Positions 63,500 to 64,000 of a stretch of DNA of 64,000 nucleotides are shown one piece after another; position 1 is the stretch's first letter, and each line of letters starts with the position of its first letter. Source of the DNA: Perkinsus chesapeaki ATCC PRA-425 (lineage: Eukaryota > Protista > Perkinsozoa); contig JAAPAO010000096.1 of NCBI GenBank assembly GCA_013115145.1, forward strand, positions 1-64,000. The letters are read 5' to 3'. The notes under the pieces were generated by a model, which saw nothing but the letters and a program-made list of their open reading frames with translations, was not told the DNA's origin and did no database searches. A program made the position numbers and the translations under genes.

Positions 63500-64000
63500 T
63501 GTCGCAACAGTATAGGCCAAGGGCCATGGCTATATAATTGACAATACTTCAGAATAACACAACACATAGAAAATACAGAGACAACTAGCCAATTTCCGAG
63601 CGACGAACTGAAGTCGGTTAAGCTGTACGCATGAACACAGAGGAGAAGCCTACATTGATCAACAGTGCTGCAAGGATCATCATGTTGATGGTGTTGCGGT
63701 TTCGGCACCCACCCGGCAATTGCCAAGTCGGGTGATGCCTTCTGAAAAAGCAGCATTTACCTGCTATATCGTCTCTGTTCATTCCCCTGCCCTGCCCGAG
63801 TGACAGGTGAGGCACCCAGAATAAGTACCGGACAACAAGAACAGGCAACTGGAGAGGGGGTACTCCCATATCAGAGGTAACAACTATAACACCGGACACA
63901 AGCGAACAAGCCAGACTTACTTGTATGGAGCAGTGAGAATCCCTCTGGGACATGTCCGCCAACTTGAACGACATCAACAAAGAGATCGAGCGAAGCTAGC
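63500..64000 (-). CDS. Probable 3' part of a spliced membrane-protein gene running off the window edge
   Basis: Hydrophobic exon-like segments (LLPLIWEYPLSSCLFLLSG; MMILAALLINVGFSSVFM) bounded by gtaag/ag sites. Confidence 0.3.

Noticed and set aside
1-64000. CRISPR arrays, tRNA/rRNA genes, prokaryotic operons or terminators
   Set aside because: No spacer-separated direct repeats, cloverleaf-compatible T-loops or rRNA signatures were seen by eye, and the DNA is spliced eukaryotic sequence. tRNAscan-SE or Infernal would be decisive.

Overview
Intron-rich eukaryotic genomic DNA with many short GT-AG introns, so the ORF track shows only single exons. Gene content and structure resemble a perkinsid (Perkinsus-like) alveolate; this is an inference. 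From 0.4 to 19.6 kb there is a plus-strand tandem array of about 8 highly diverged paralogues. Most have a signal peptide, a variable N-terminal region and two copies of a roughly 150-170 aa domain I do not recognise, with motifs [F..L.I.E(L/M).C], F-P-x-G-L, L(K/R)(W/L)LYxGL and (F/L)(I/L)xxLC. From 19.8 to 47.8 kb there is a co-oriented minus-strand block: separase, a FOR20/FOPNL-like gene, a histidine acid phosphatase, two membrane proteins, a nodulin-like MFS transporter (39-bp minisatellite and N gap in an intron), a WW-like/TM/propeller-like protein and a 4-TM protein with an Orai-like TM1. From 50 to 64 kb there are a convergent pair of GH18-like genes lacking the catalytic Glu, GILT, a small secreted 8-Cys peptide, a possible EEP/LINE relic and an alkaline-phosphatase-superfamily gene. 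Non-coding DNA repeatedly holds twin or overlapping palindromes, most with a 1-nt centre. No rRNA, tRNA, CRISPR array or intact transposon was recognised. Gene limits come from manual splicing and are approximate.
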